Shown piece by piece: positions 30,001 through 38,751 of a stretch of 64,000 nucleotides of DNA. The DNA comes from an uncultured Verrucomicrobiae bacterium (lineage in GTDB: Bacteria > Verrucomicrobiota > Verrucomicrobiia > Chthoniobacterales > JAFAMB01). The position numbers and the translations under genes are program-made. The notes beneath the pieces are model-generated. The model was not told the origin of the DNA. It worked only from the letters and a program-made list of their open reading frames with translations, and searched no databases. The stretch is from contig CAWIPH010000002.1 of the NCBI GenBank assembly GCA_963837955.1, forward strand, positions 1,984,001 to 2,048,000. The letters run 5' to 3'. Numbering within the stretch: the stretch's first letter is position 1; each line of letters starts with the position of its first letter.

Positions 30001-33000
30001 AGCGCCCAATCTTTTCATAGGTTCGGTCCTGGCCCCTTCTAGCGGTTCATCTATTGTTGTAGTTGAAGCGACTGCCTATCAAGTTACGCTGCGAGCCGGA
30101 GCAGCCCTCACCGGGGCACAGGTCATCCTCGCCGCGACCCAGGGGGGGGTCACGCTCGAAACGGGCTCGACCATCACGACTTTGCGGGGTGGTTCACCGG
30201 GGATTGATTCTTCAGCCGGTTACTTGTTTACAAATGGAGAGCTTGCCCCAGCCGCTGTCGACGAACTTGGCTACTCGGTTGTATCGGTCTCTAACGGATC
30301 TTTCCTCCTGACTCCCACAGCCGTTTCATCTAAGGCTCATATGTTCGGGGGTCCAGTGAACATAAACGCTGGTGCATCGATCTACTCCGAAGGAAGCATT
30401 GGGTTCGCCAGTGGCACCAGTTTGAACCTGAGCGAACAGGTGAATCTTGGATCCCGTTTAATCGGGTTCGCTGTGGCCGATATCAACATCGGAACCGACA
30501 CCGCTCTGGCCGCGGGTATTCTGCCGAGCGGCCTCTCTTTCGGGCAAGTCCTGCTGGATCGATTAATTGCTGGAAATCCTGCAGTCGGCGCTCCTGGCCT
30601 CGAGACCCTTGTGTTCTCGGCATCGCAGTCGGTCAATTTTTATGGGTCGATCGATCTGGCTGCACCACACCTACAGCTCGTCTTCGGCACGCCCGCGTTC
30701 TACGGCGGGGGAACGTCCAAAGATAGTGTGACGATTACGGCCAATCAGGTAGTTTGGAATGGTCTCCTTGGGTTTGTGGCCGACAGCAGTGGGAACGTGA
30801 TTCCCGTCAACACAAATCCAGGGCCGGTAATCCCGGGAGGGCCCGGGACAGGCGCCGGTACGCTGAATATCGTTGCTAACCAGATCGTGTTTGGTTATTC
30901 GGCCACGGACCAACCGCAGAACCAAATCGAACTGAGCCGTCTGGCGCTCGGTTTCTCCGATGTCACGTTCACTGCCCGGCAAGAGATTACGGCAAATAAC
31001 AAAGGAAGCGTCTCGGTTTACTTGGCCCAGACAACCGGGCCAGGATCCTATACCGGCGGCAATCTGACCCTGGTTACACCCTTGTTAACTGGAACACCTG
31101 GATCGGTCTTGAGTTATAAGACAGGCGGAAACCTGACTTTGACGACACCGGCAGGCGTCCTCCCGACAACCGTGATGCCCGATAGCCTGGGCGCAGAGAT
31201 CAATCTTACCGGGAACACTATTACCGATTCCACCTCGATTATGGCGGCCAGCGGCAAAGTCACGCTGACGGCCACCGGCAGTATTAACCTGACCGGTGGT
31301 TCCCGGATCGATGTTTCCGGCCTGACGGTTGCGATGTTCGATCAGAAAGTGCCTACCTTTGGCGGCGATGTTTCACTCGAGAGCACCCAGGGCAACATCA
31401 CCCAGACCGCTCTGTCGGTGATTAATGTCTCGGCCAACGGCAACAACGCCGGAAGCTTAACCATCACTGCCACTGGGAACTCCGGCGGACAGGTCATGTT
31501 GGGCGGTACCTTTCTCGGCAGCAGTACGGGCAACTTTAGCTCGGGCTTCTTTGATGCCCGTGTCCAAAGCCTGGGTGATTTCAGCGCTCTCAACGCGCAG
31601 CTCAATCAAGGCGGCTTCTTTGGTTCCCGTTCTTTTGATATCAAACAGGGGAGCGTGCTCATCGCCGCTGGAACGACGATCAAGGCGCACACCGTAGACA
31701 TCTCCGTTGATAACGGGAGCCTGACGGTGAGCGGTGTGATCGATGCCAGCGGTACGGCACCCGGTTCGATCCGTTTGTCGGCGGGTGGAAACCTCGAACT
31801 AACTGCCAGCGCGGTCCTCGATGCTCATGGCAAGGTGCTGCAGGTGGATAGCTACGGCCAGCCGATCGATGCGAAAAACCGGGCCACGGTGGAGCTGACC
31901 GTTGCGGACGGGACCAACTCTTCCGTCGCAACATTGAACAATGGCCAAGGCATTCTCCTTCTGGATCCCGGTGCAACCATCAATCTCAGCTCGCCCGATG
32001 GAGTGAACCGGGGTGACCTGGAGTTGAACGTGCCGCGAATGACCGGCGCGACTTCGGGTGATATCCGAATTCTCGCCGGTGGGCCGCTCAGTATCGCCGG
32101 CGCCCAGACCATCGCCGTGAACGCTTTTTGGACCTATGCGCCGGCGGATGCGAACGGCACGATCGTGCAGAGCACTGGAGCCAATGTGCCCGCAGGCGCT
32201 GTTATCCTTGATCAGGTCAGCCAGGACAGCACCGCTTTCATAGGGAACGCCGAGGCGAACGGTGTGCTCAACGCCGGTTTACAGTCAAAACTGGCTGGTT
32301 TAACCGCCTACCGACAGGCATTCCATTTGCGTCCCGGTGTCGAAATTGTTAGTGCAACTCCCAATGGCAATCTCATCGTGCAGGGCGATCTGGATCTCTC
32401 CCTATACCGTTACGCCAGCGTCAATCCGAGCTCACAGCTCAACGGCGCCGTCTATGGTTCAGGGGAACCCGGCGTTTTGCTGTTTCGAGCAGGGGGCAAT
32501 CTCACGGTGAATGGGAGTATCACGGACGGATTTGGTCAGGTTCCTGGACCGAATCCGGATGACAAGGGATGGGTACTTCAGTCCGGAATACTTGGGGCAA
32601 ACCTCACATTGCCGGCTGATCTCCCGCAGGCCATCATCCTCAAACCAAGCAGCACTTACCCGGCGACCAACGTGACGCTAAACTACGACCTTCCGGTGGC
32701 GACCGGAAACGTGATTCTGCCAGGGGTTAGCCTCCCCGTTACCGCCCAGCCGATCTCGCTTAGCAAGGGAGTTCAGATTTCCAGTTCATTCATCGCTACC
32801 GGGACGATCACCGGTCCGAGCGGCCAGATCCTGTTCAGAGCCGGACAAACCGTGCCGGCCAGTCCAGCCGCACCTTACAAATTCGCAATTGGCACCGCGT
32901 TTGGTTCCGGGAGCATCCTGCCTTTCCCGATCACCATCAACGCGGTGATGTGGCCGGCTGGTTCCTCTCTCGCGGCATTTTCTCAAAAAATCCGTCTGGA

Positions 33001-36000
33001 TCCGAATGGTACGCTGACTTTGGCGGCGAATGACCTGATTCCCGCCGGTGCTAACCTCGCTTTCGCAAACGGTCCAGCGAATTTGCGCCCGCTTAATAGC
33101 AACGGAGTTCAAGGGTTGATTTACCCGACTGCACCGCTGCTCGGCCCCGGCTTGCTTTCCTGGTCGTTTAGTCTGGTTAGTGGAGCCGACGTTGCGGCTG
33201 CAGATTCCCGCGCGTTGCTTGCAACCACCGCGCTGAACGGTTCAGGAAATCTCCTCTTGAGCGATCCGCACATCGCAAAAAAAGGCGGTCAACCGGACTT
33301 CAGCGTGATTCGAACCGGCACTGGAAGCCTTGACTTAATGGCCGGTGGAAATCTGGAAGAACAATCGCTTTACGGGATTTATACAGCGGGAGCTCAATCT
33401 CCCGCCATCCTTAATGCCGGAATCAACTTATACAATCCTACGCGCAGTCCTGGCTTAAGCGGAGCGTATGCGAATGTGGTAGCCGCGCAGATCGCCGGAG
33501 GGTATCAGGCATTTTACCCGACCGGCGGTGGCAATCTATTGGTGTCGGTAGGAGAGGATCTATTCACTTATACATCCGCTTTGACGACTAGCCCTGCCGT
33601 AGGGAATTGGCTCTGGCGGTCAGGGGGCGCCCTGGATCCTTCAAGCGGCGCGGTCTTGCCTGCGGCTTGGTGGATTAACTTTGGAACCTATCTTGCACCC
33701 AACGGTTTTCCGGCATCACTAACCGGGTTCACCGGCTTTGGAACGCTGGGAGGCGGGAATCTGACGATTTTGGTCGCCGGTAGCGCCGGAATTCAAAATG
33801 CGGGCCCTGGTAGTCGGAGCGGGGGCTCGTTCGTTCCAACTACGAGTCAAAGCCTCGTCGCGGCTATCGGAGCGACTGGACGAATCAATGGCACCTCAAT
33901 CGTGGAAACGGGTGGAGGCGACCTCACTATCAAGATTGGCGGAGCTCTCAATCCAGTGGCTTCGAACTTTCAGGAAAACGATCTCGATGGCGGCGAGTTC
34001 ACTGAACTGCGCGGAACATTACAAATCAAGGCTGGGTCGATCGGCGGGTTAGAACTATTGTACGGGAGGTCGAGCCCGACAGATCCCGTACCTACCAGCC
34101 CTTTTGTTGCGGCTGGTCTGACCCTTGCCAATAGCGCGCCGATCTACGGGAATCCGGTCGTTGTCCTGGGCGATGCGGTCGCCGAATTTGAAACGCGCGG
34201 CGATTTAGCCTTGGGCGGTGTCGATGACGCGGGCAGGGTAGCGGAATCGGTACAATTTCAGGGCGCGTGGACCGGGCACCTCATTGTCCCTACGAATTCC
34301 TGGTTCTCTCTGTGGCGACCTCAGACCGAACTAGACCTGCTTAGCGCCGGCGGAAACCTTGCTCCGCTTAGTTTGGCTAATTTACGAGGCGACGGGAGCA
34401 ACTATGAAACCAACAACGGCTATACTTACCGAAGCTATTTCTATCCATCGATCCTGAAGTTTGTGGCCACCGATGGCAGTGTTTACCTCGGAGGGTATTA
34501 CGCGGCGTCGACCATTGAGCAGGCACCTTCGCTCTATTCGCAACTGGAGGTTTTTGCGAAGGGCTCGATTTATGCCAATGCTTTGGCAGCAGACTCAGGC
34601 AACGCCAATTCCGGCCCAGTGACCTTCGCGATTTCCAGCGGTACTCTGAATAGTGTCGCTGCACCGTTCAAGCCGGCATTCTACGGACTTGACACCCTTG
34701 GGTCTCCTGTCACCAACGTCAGTACGACGAATAGCGACGTGGTCGCCGGGTTACCGGTCGACGCGCTTTTTGTCTTCGGACTCGACACCGCGGCCAATGG
34801 TCTTTCTCATTTCGATCTACCCTCTCGTATCTACGCCGGAGGGGATATCGTTGACTCTCAATACGGTGCGGTTTTGACTCCGCGTCCGTCAGGCTCCGCT
34901 ACCGAAACTTTGTACCTGTCAGCTGGGCCTGTCCAGATTCGGGCTGGCGGCAACATCATCAACTTCGGTTCGCCGGGAAGCCAGGGCCTAATCCTGAATA
35001 ATTCGCGGCAGGATGTCTCCGTAATCTCGGCCGGCAGCGATATTCTCTACGCGAATGTCGATGTTGCTGGCCCGGGCGATCTGGAGGTCAGCGCCGGGCA
35101 CAACCTTTATCAGAACCAGGCGATCTTGGATCAACAGGCGGTCATTGAGAGCATCGGTTTGCTTGGATCAGCGAGAACTCTCAACCCGAGCGGAGGCGCG
35201 TCGGTCAGCGTGATGGCGGGTGTTGGGGCGAGCGGTCCCGATTTCAACCAGTTCGCGACGCTTTACCTGAACCCGGCCAACTTGGCAGATCCTTCCATCC
35301 CGCTGCAGAATCAGCCGGGCAAGGTAGTCCAAACTTACCAGAACGAATTGTATGCCTGGCTCAAACAGGTGTACGGGTACACCGGTACGGAGACGAATGA
35401 ACTGGCTTATTTCGATTCCTTGTCCCCTGACCAGCGGAGCGTATTTCTGCTGCAAACCTATTTTGCGGAGCTGAACCTTAGCGGCCTGGAACATAACGAC
35501 CCCACCAGCCCGTTCTTTCAGACTTATCTGCGAGGAACCCGGGCGATTACAACCCTGTTCCCCGGTTCGGCGGCCAGCTACAAAGGTAACCTTACGCTTT
35601 TCGGAGGGGCAGGCATCCGGACTGATTTCGGCGGCGCCATTGACGTACTCACACCGGACGGTCAAACCATCGTCGGGGTGGAAGGCGCGCAACCGCCGCC
35701 AACGGCGGGTATCCTGACCCAGGGGTCCGGCGACATCAATATCTACTCCGAAGGCAGCGTGTTGCTCGGGCAGAGCCGAATCCTGACGACCTTTGGTGGC
35801 AACATCCTGATCTGGTCAGGCACCGGCGATATTAATGCCGGTATCGGCGCCAAGGGAACTGTCATCTTTACGCCGCCCGGCATCGTTTATGACGGATTCG
35901 CCGACATACTCCTTTCGCCAACGGTACCGAGCTCCGGTGCCGGTATCGGCACGCTAGACCCGATCCCGCAAGTGCCTCCGGGAAACCTGAACCTGATTGC

Positions 36001-36286
36001 TCCGCAGGGAACCATCGATGCCGGCGAAGCAGGTATTCGCGTCTCCGGCAATGCCAACTTGGCCGCGCGCGTTATCATCAACGCCGCGAATATTACGGTG
36101 CAAGGTCACGCGACTGGTTTGCCCACAATTGTCACGCCGAACGTGGCTGCGATCACGGCAGCCAGCAACACCGTTGGCGCAGCGAATAATGTGGCGAACG
36201 AAATCGCGAAACAGCAGGTCGCTGCAGGCACGCAGGACATTCCGTCGATCATCACCGTCGAGGTCCTCGGGTACGGCGGAGGGTAA
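24017..36286 (+). CDS. giant filamentous haemagglutinin-like TpsA exoprotein with C-terminal DUF3739-like region (PdtA-like)
   Basis: TPS secretion domain (ILNWQTFNVG, PSQILGSIKAQGQVYLINQNGIIFGGSSQVN), beta-helix repeats, C-terminal GDINAG..IDAGEAGIR..EVLGYG. Confidence 0.92.
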   Translation: MLMDLRKNLFSVPRRARSLGFAICYLLSAICYPRSVGAGDILRGGSSNSSTGPTSAAVGGNQAAMAQLKTNAKDILARATQALQSAQAMQQTARKLALAAPNNVPNGLKPGGLQVATGKNAFWQGANQPTQSVVNGQTTVTILQTAPQAILNWQTFNVGSNTTAYFNQSAGGNFANTWVALNRILDPSRAPSQILGSIKAQGQVYLINQNGIIFGGSSQVNVSSLLVAAAIITNNQFTTSGIYSPIVTGVYQPSFTGGSGPVLIQSGAEITTNAPPGIADRGGSVILLGHSVENDGSITTTNGQTLLAAGKSFNLLQGYSITPANSSSGNLTSTTLGTEVAVSQGGIAVNTGLIQATTGDITMVGSQVTQGGVAISTSSVSQRGTIHLLTPTVDLNSGKTFPGSSVTLAPGSVTLIEPDPNSGNALNPQRTAAYAQQLAYLTNAQLNATAGLNDDVSLPDRIGISRIEITTGGTVDFASGSLTSATAGQIAVSAGKQVFAGTGAELNVSGLVDVSLPMSANNLAVSIQGFELRDNPLNRDSKTLFNSTVYVDLGQLQQVPASSAYRQNRFYTAGGALEVSGELNNVNHSINEWSTIGGSITLSAGQVVAQSGSVFNIAGGSIQYQAGYLKQSYLIGSDGHIYNVNTAPAGISYLGVFQGFIVNHPRWNVTENFANIIVDPSQIYRPGYTVGRDAGSLTINAPTSIFEGTIEAGTIDGIRQNGTRPSSVPDPFLLPQTTVPLNGSLTVGTNYPQKPQPASQPIAVSTSNVVFANGNTSIATNLNPTAQLDPALLDTNTFSAQRISSAALGGLTVNVQAPVHPSTIPGKTNQGYLTISAPLLFADGAQVSLTAANVVISGGITAPSGSVTINALSYQVSPIIVTSFTIPRPIAGITLEPGAVINTQGLFTNALLDPSDLTGEAFINGGNVTLATNQGITLAAGSLIDASSGAAILPNRKTLNGAGGNITILADQVGNVIARPSKNPNVVLTPDVAHQVSSAPLILYGTLRSFGVKTDGALSLQAYSVVIGDSISPAASSQLVLSTSFFIQGFSSYTINGLTSLTVAPGANINVTSPVYQITPAVFKMPTGTDPAIALGRPTLMPVYVGNAATATVTQRPGASLTLESGINPAIRPKTTAIDPSTIIDLQEGAFGGNIEIGLGASIVVDPNQSVTLQSGGQITVNGAIRAPAGTIAIANNRQLGGLGKTYNPGALSIWLGSNSVLDVAGNAYTTKDQFGRTYGVVQNGGSIILGSQGGVDSMFFSELSTDAFVIIRPGALLDVSGASAVLDPLAGTAPGMFDSSQLSGVPTAPVLVASNGGSITLSSYDGIFNDGTMRAFAGGRGAAGGTLSVILESPVYTLNKNQISGPQETQIPAVPATLNVPRIMTVGQGTPTDPLPIILQPGQTDPDLQVGQAYVSANAINQGGFANVSLYAGNQIAFAGSSILRAPESITLTALNLVGSKRGASTQIIAPYVKFSSPVTFVPISGGSPPFYSLELGVSNSVVVVKNFAVVADLIDFQGATDVGLPSNYPNFLLPQKSEVSFFSSGDIRFVAPVPNGTGGSPSSSVAAPDSISLSAAQIYPATGVSGSISAADTISIGRTGGPAPAVPYSVFGTLSLTAATIEQAGVLRAPLGSIVLTANRAPSVRDSGSVDLLPGSITSVSANGLTIPYGGTTDGVRYTVNGNSVTFPSLVGNANSISPSAGQFVIGITINALSVAGSKGSLIDLSGGGTLTGAGFISGRGGSVDVLSTPLINQNPTNTFSTAGSTVYAILPGGPDYAPSGASTNIPYTGGVPGIGQQITIPAGVPGLAPGVYTLLPSNYALLPGAYRVELGGAAAPLNQLPVIPVTGGSFLVTAYGGIANTGIQSSQPLRAIITSGTTVRDDSQYDEESYSSFALAQAAQFHNVAPLLPADAKTLVLNFAVPTARLSALTFNGAANFSPGPGGVSGSLLVEIPTLDSFNTPLRTNLLEITGQGAIPTRGWVSVSAAALDAFGAPNLFIGSVLAPSSGSSIVVVEATAYQVTLRAGAALTGAQVILAATQGGVTLETGSTITTLRGGSPGIDSSAGYLFTNGELAPAAVDELGYSVVSVSNGSFLLTPTAVSSKAHMFGGPVNINAGASIYSEGSIGFASGTSLNLSEQVNLGSRLIGFAVADINIGTDTALAAGILPSGLSFGQVLLDRLIAGNPAVGAPGLETLVFSASQSVNFYGSIDLAAPHLQLVFGTPAFYGGGTSKDSVTITANQVVWNGLLGFVADSSGNVIPVNTNPGPVIPGGPGTGAGTLNIVANQIVFGYSATDQPQNQIELSRLALGFSDVTFTARQEITANNKGSVSVYLAQTTGPGSYTGGNLTLVTPLLTGTPGSVLSYKTGGNLTLTTPAGVLPTTVMPDSLGAEINLTGNTITDSTSIMAASGKVTLTATGSINLTGGSRIDVSGLTVAMFDQKVPTFGGDVSLESTQGNITQTALSVINVSANGNNAGSLTITATGNSGGQVMLGGTFLGSSTGNFSSGFFDARVQSLGDFSALNAQLNQGGFFGSRSFDIKQGSVLIAAGTTIKAHTVDISVDNGSLTVSGVIDASGTAPGSIRLSAGGNLELTASAVLDAHGKVLQVDSYGQPIDAKNRATVELTVADGTNSSVATLNNGQGILLLDPGATINLSSPDGVNRGDLELNVPRMTGATSGDIRILAGGPLSIAGAQTIAVNAFWTYAPADANGTIVQSTGANVPAGAVILDQVSQDSTAFIGNAEANGVLNAGLQSKLAGLTAYRQAFHLRPGVEIVSATPNGNLIVQGDLDLSLYRYASVNPSSQLNGAVYGSGEPGVLLFRAGGNLTVNGSITDGFGQVPGPNPDDKGWVLQSGILGANLTLPADLPQAIILKPSSTYPATNVTLNYDLPVATGNVILPGVSLPVTAQPISLSKGVQISSSFIATGTITGPSGQILFRAGQTVPASPAAPYKFAIGTAFGSGSILPFPITINAVMWPAGSSLAAFSQKIRLDPNGTLTLAANDLIPAGANLAFANGPANLRPLNSNGVQGLIYPTAPLLGPGLLSWSFSLVSGADVAAADSRALLATTALNGSGNLLLSDPHIAKKGGQPDFSVIRTGTGSLDLMAGGNLEEQSLYGIYTAGAQSPAILNAGINLYNPTRSPGLSGAYANVVAAQIAGGYQAFYPTGGGNLLVSVGEDLFTYTSALTTSPAVGNWLWRSGGALDPSSGAVLPAAWWINFGTYLAPNGFPASLTGFTGFGTLGGGNLTILVAGSAGIQNAGPGSRSGGSFVPTTSQSLVAAIGATGRINGTSIVETGGGDLTIKIGGALNPVASNFQENDLDGGEFTELRGTLQIKAGSIGGLELLYGRSSPTDPVPTSPFVAAGLTLANSAPIYGNPVVVLGDAVAEFETRGDLALGGVDDAGRVAESVQFQGAWTGHLIVPTNSWFSLWRPQTELDLLSAGGNLAPLSLANLRGDGSNYETNNGYTYRSYFYPSILKFVATDGSVYLGGYYAASTIEQAPSLYSQLEVFAKGSIYANALAADSGNANSGPVTFAISSGTLNSVAAPFKPAFYGLDTLGSPVTNVSTTNSDVVAGLPVDALFVFGLDTAANGLSHFDLPSRIYAGGDIVDSQYGAVLTPRPSGSATETLYLSAGPVQIRAGGNIINFGSPGSQGLILNNSRQDVSVISAGSDILYANVDVAGPGDLEVSAGHNLYQNQAILDQQAVIESIGLLGSARTLNPSGGASVSVMAGVGASGPDFNQFATLYLNPANLADPSIPLQNQPGKVVQTYQNELYAWLKQVYGYTGTETNELAYFDSLSPDQRSVFLLQTYFAELNLSGLEHNDPTSPFFQTYLRGTRAITTLFPGSAASYKGNLTLFGGAGIRTDFGGAIDVLTPDGQTIVGVEGAQPPPTAGILTQGSGDINIYSEGSVLLGQSRILTTFGGNILIWSGTGDINAGIGAKGTVIFTPPGIVYDGFADILLSPTVPSSGAGIGTLDPIPQVPPGNLNLIAPQGTIDAGEAGIRVSGNANLAARVIINAANITVQGHATGLPTIVTPNVAAITAASNTVGAANNVANEIAKQQVAAGTQDIPSIITVEVLGYGGG

Positions 36287-36297
36287 GAGAGAAGAGA

Positions 36298-36746
36298 TCT
36301 CACGCAAAGACGGAAAATCTCACGCAAAGACGCCAAGACGGATTTGAACAGGAGGTAACGGAGGAAACAGAGGTCTTGACGGAGACCTCAGCGGCGCGGC
36401 TGGAGCTCGTCGAAGTCCGGGGCGGAATAAGAGAAAATCTCACGCAAAGACGCCAAAAAAATCCAGGACACAGAGAAACGGAATCCAAGATCGATAGCGG
36501 CGACTGTCCGGCTGCCTGCCGAATTCTGCTTAATCCGGGTCTCACGAAGGACCCGCCGCGTAATACGCTGAGGAGGATCAGGTTTTCGCGTTACCACCAT
36601 CGGACGAGTCACGCCTTTATCTTGTCTTTCCTTTGCGTCTTCGCGTCTTTGCGTGAGTTCTCTTCGTAGCTCGAGACGTCGACCGTGTCCGTCAAAGCCT
36701 CTGTTTCCTCCGTTACCTCCTGTTCAAAGCCGTCTTTGCGTGAGAC
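36298..36746. repeat. nested long inverted repeat between tpsA and tpsB
   Basis: TCTCACGCAAAGACG x3 versus CGTCTTTGCGTGAG x2; GAACAGGAGGTAACGGAGGAAACAGAGG versus CCTCTGTTTCCTCCGTTACCTCCTGTTC. Confidence 0.85.
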
Positions 36747-36829
36747 TTGCGTCTTCCCGGGACGATACCGAGTAGATCCACCGTAGAAGCCAGAAGACGC
36801 CGCTTCTGCTGACATGGTTACAATAAGAA

Positions 36830-36848
36830 CTGTCACAGGATCTTAACA
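36830..36848 (+). promoter_or_regulatory. Pho-box-like site upstream of tpsB
   Basis: CTGTCACAGGA-TCTTAACA, 11-bp period. Confidence 0.4.
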
Positions 36849-36940
36849 AAGGGCGTCTTGTGTAGCTCCGGCCAACACCGGTATGAACTATCCCCACTTG
36901 AACGCGGTAGATCGGCCTGCCCGCCTCAAGTCGCCGGAAC

Positions 36941-38728
36941 ATGCACACCGCCCTACAGGACCACTTAGATCATTCGCCGGTACGATGCGGTGTGGCGAAG
37001 GAGTGGAGTGTTGGAGTTGCGGAGTTCTGGAGTGATGGAGTGAGGGTGCGGCTGAGTTCGGGTCGGAGTCACCGACTTGGGCGCTTCATATTACTGTCGG
37101 TCGCTGTTTCGTTCTGCTGGCCGACCTTTTTGGGTGGGCAAACGGCGGGCCCTTCGCCTGCACCTCAGGAAGGCAAACCGTCGGCGACTCCTTCGCAGGT
37201 CAAGGCGCAAGCTAGACCGCAGACCCAAACACAGCCGGAGCGCCAGCTATACATCCAGGAGTACCGAGTCCAGGGCGCGCATCAATTAAGCCCAGTCCAG
37301 GTTGAGGAAGCGGTCTACAGCTATCTTGGACCGGGCCGGACCACCGAAGACGTGGAACATGCGTGCGCAGCGTTGGAGAAAGCCTACCAGGACAAAGGTT
37401 ATCAGACAGTGTCGGTGCAGGTTCCGCCCCAGCAGGTGAGGAACGGTGTCGTCGTCCTGCAGGTAATCGAGGGCAAGGTAGGACGGCTGCGTGTTCGCGG
37501 GTCACGCTATTTCTCTCTCGATCAGATCAAGAGGCAGGCGCCTTCGATGAGAGAAGGAACGGTGCCAAATTTCAATGATGTAACCCGGGATATCGTGGCG
37601 TTGAATCAGCTACCGGATCGACGGGTCACGCCAACTCTGCACGCCGGTGTTGAACCTGGAACGGTCGATATCGATCTGACGGTAAAAGACACGCTACCAC
37701 TGCACGGCAGCATGGAATTGAACAACCGTAACAGTCCGAACACCTCATCCCTTCGGCTCAATGGTTCGGTCAGTTACAATAACCTCTGGCAGCTGGGTCA
37801 CTCGCTCGGGTTCAGCTTTCAGGTCGCGCCAGAGCGTGCGGCCGATGCGGAGGTTTTTTCAGCGTACTATCTCGCCCGATTTTCCGGGGCCGAATGGCTC
37901 AGTCTGCTGATTCAGGGGACCAAGCAGGACAGTAATGTATCGACGCTCGGTAGCATTGCGGTCGCGGGACGCGGCGAAATCCTGGGCGCGCGAGCCATTA
38001 TCACGTTGCCGCCCGGCAAGGATTTCTATGAGTCGCTCAGTCTCGGAATTGATTGGAAGCATTTTGATCAACGGGTAGCGCTCGGGACCGGCACGATCGC
38101 CACACCCATCACATACTACCCGGTGAGCGCCGTCTACACTGGCACCTGGGTTTCCCCGGGCTCGGAGACTGATCTGAACGCAGGTGTCACCTTAGGTCTG
38201 CGCGGTGTAGGCAGTAAGGATACGGAATTTGATAACAGCCGATTCAAGGCGAGCGGCAATTTCTTCTATTTCCGAGGCGATCTGGCTCATACGCAGGATT
38301 TGCCCTGTGGCTGGCAGGTCTATGGGAAAGTACAGGGCCAGATTGCCGATCAACCGCTGGTGAATAGCGAGCAAATCGGCGGCGGTGGTTTGGGAACCGT
38401 ACGTGGGTATTACGAAGCGGAGGAGTTGGGCGACAGCGGCATTTTTGGTACGGTGGAGCTGCGCAGTCCTTCGCTTCTCGGTTGGATGGGAAAGAAGGGC
38501 GACGAATGGCGGTTCTACGGCTTCCTGGATGCCGGACGGTTGACTCTGAGAAATCCGCTTCCTGAACAAATCTCCCGCTTCGACCTGATGAGCTACGGGG
38601 GAGGCACCCGGGTCCAAGTCTATGACCATTTCAATGGATCGCTCGACATCGGGGTACCGCTTATCAGCGGTCAGAACACTCCGCTGCACGAGGTCCGCTT
38701 CACTTTCCGTCTGTGGGCTGATTTCTGA
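36941..38728 (+). CDS. TpsB (ShlB/FhaC/HecB) outer-membrane transporter; exact start uncertain
   Basis: POTRA (YQDKGY, VIEGKVG), VRGYY motif, terminal Phe. Confidence 0.92.
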   Translation: MHTALQDHLDHSPVRCGVAKEWSVGVAEFWSDGVRVRLSSGRSHRLGRFILLSVAVSFCWPTFLGGQTAGPSPAPQEGKPSATPSQVKAQARPQTQTQPERQLYIQEYRVQGAHQLSPVQVEEAVYSYLGPGRTTEDVEHACAALEKAYQDKGYQTVSVQVPPQQVRNGVVVLQVIEGKVGRLRVRGSRYFSLDQIKRQAPSMREGTVPNFNDVTRDIVALNQLPDRRVTPTLHAGVEPGTVDIDLTVKDTLPLHGSMELNNRNSPNTSSLRLNGSVSYNNLWQLGHSLGFSFQVAPERAADAEVFSAYYLARFSGAEWLSLLIQGTKQDSNVSTLGSIAVAGRGEILGARAIITLPPGKDFYESLSLGIDWKHFDQRVALGTGTIATPITYYPVSAVYTGTWVSPGSETDLNAGVTLGLRGVGSKDTEFDNSRFKASGNFFYFRGDLAHTQDLPCGWQVYGKVQGQIADQPLVNSEQIGGGGLGTVRGYYEAEELGDSGIFGTVELRSPSLLGWMGKKGDEWRFYGFLDAGRLTLRNPLPEQISRFDLMSYGGGTRVQVYDHFNGSLDIGVPLISGQNTPLHEVRFTFRLWADF

Positions 38729-38751
38729 ACCGCAAAAAACGAATCTCGATT

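Noticed and set aside
36000..36940. TpsA as a CdiA toxin with an immunity gene
   Set aside because: No VENN-type motif, toxin-like C-terminus or credible small downstream gene; the interval is filled by inverted repeats.
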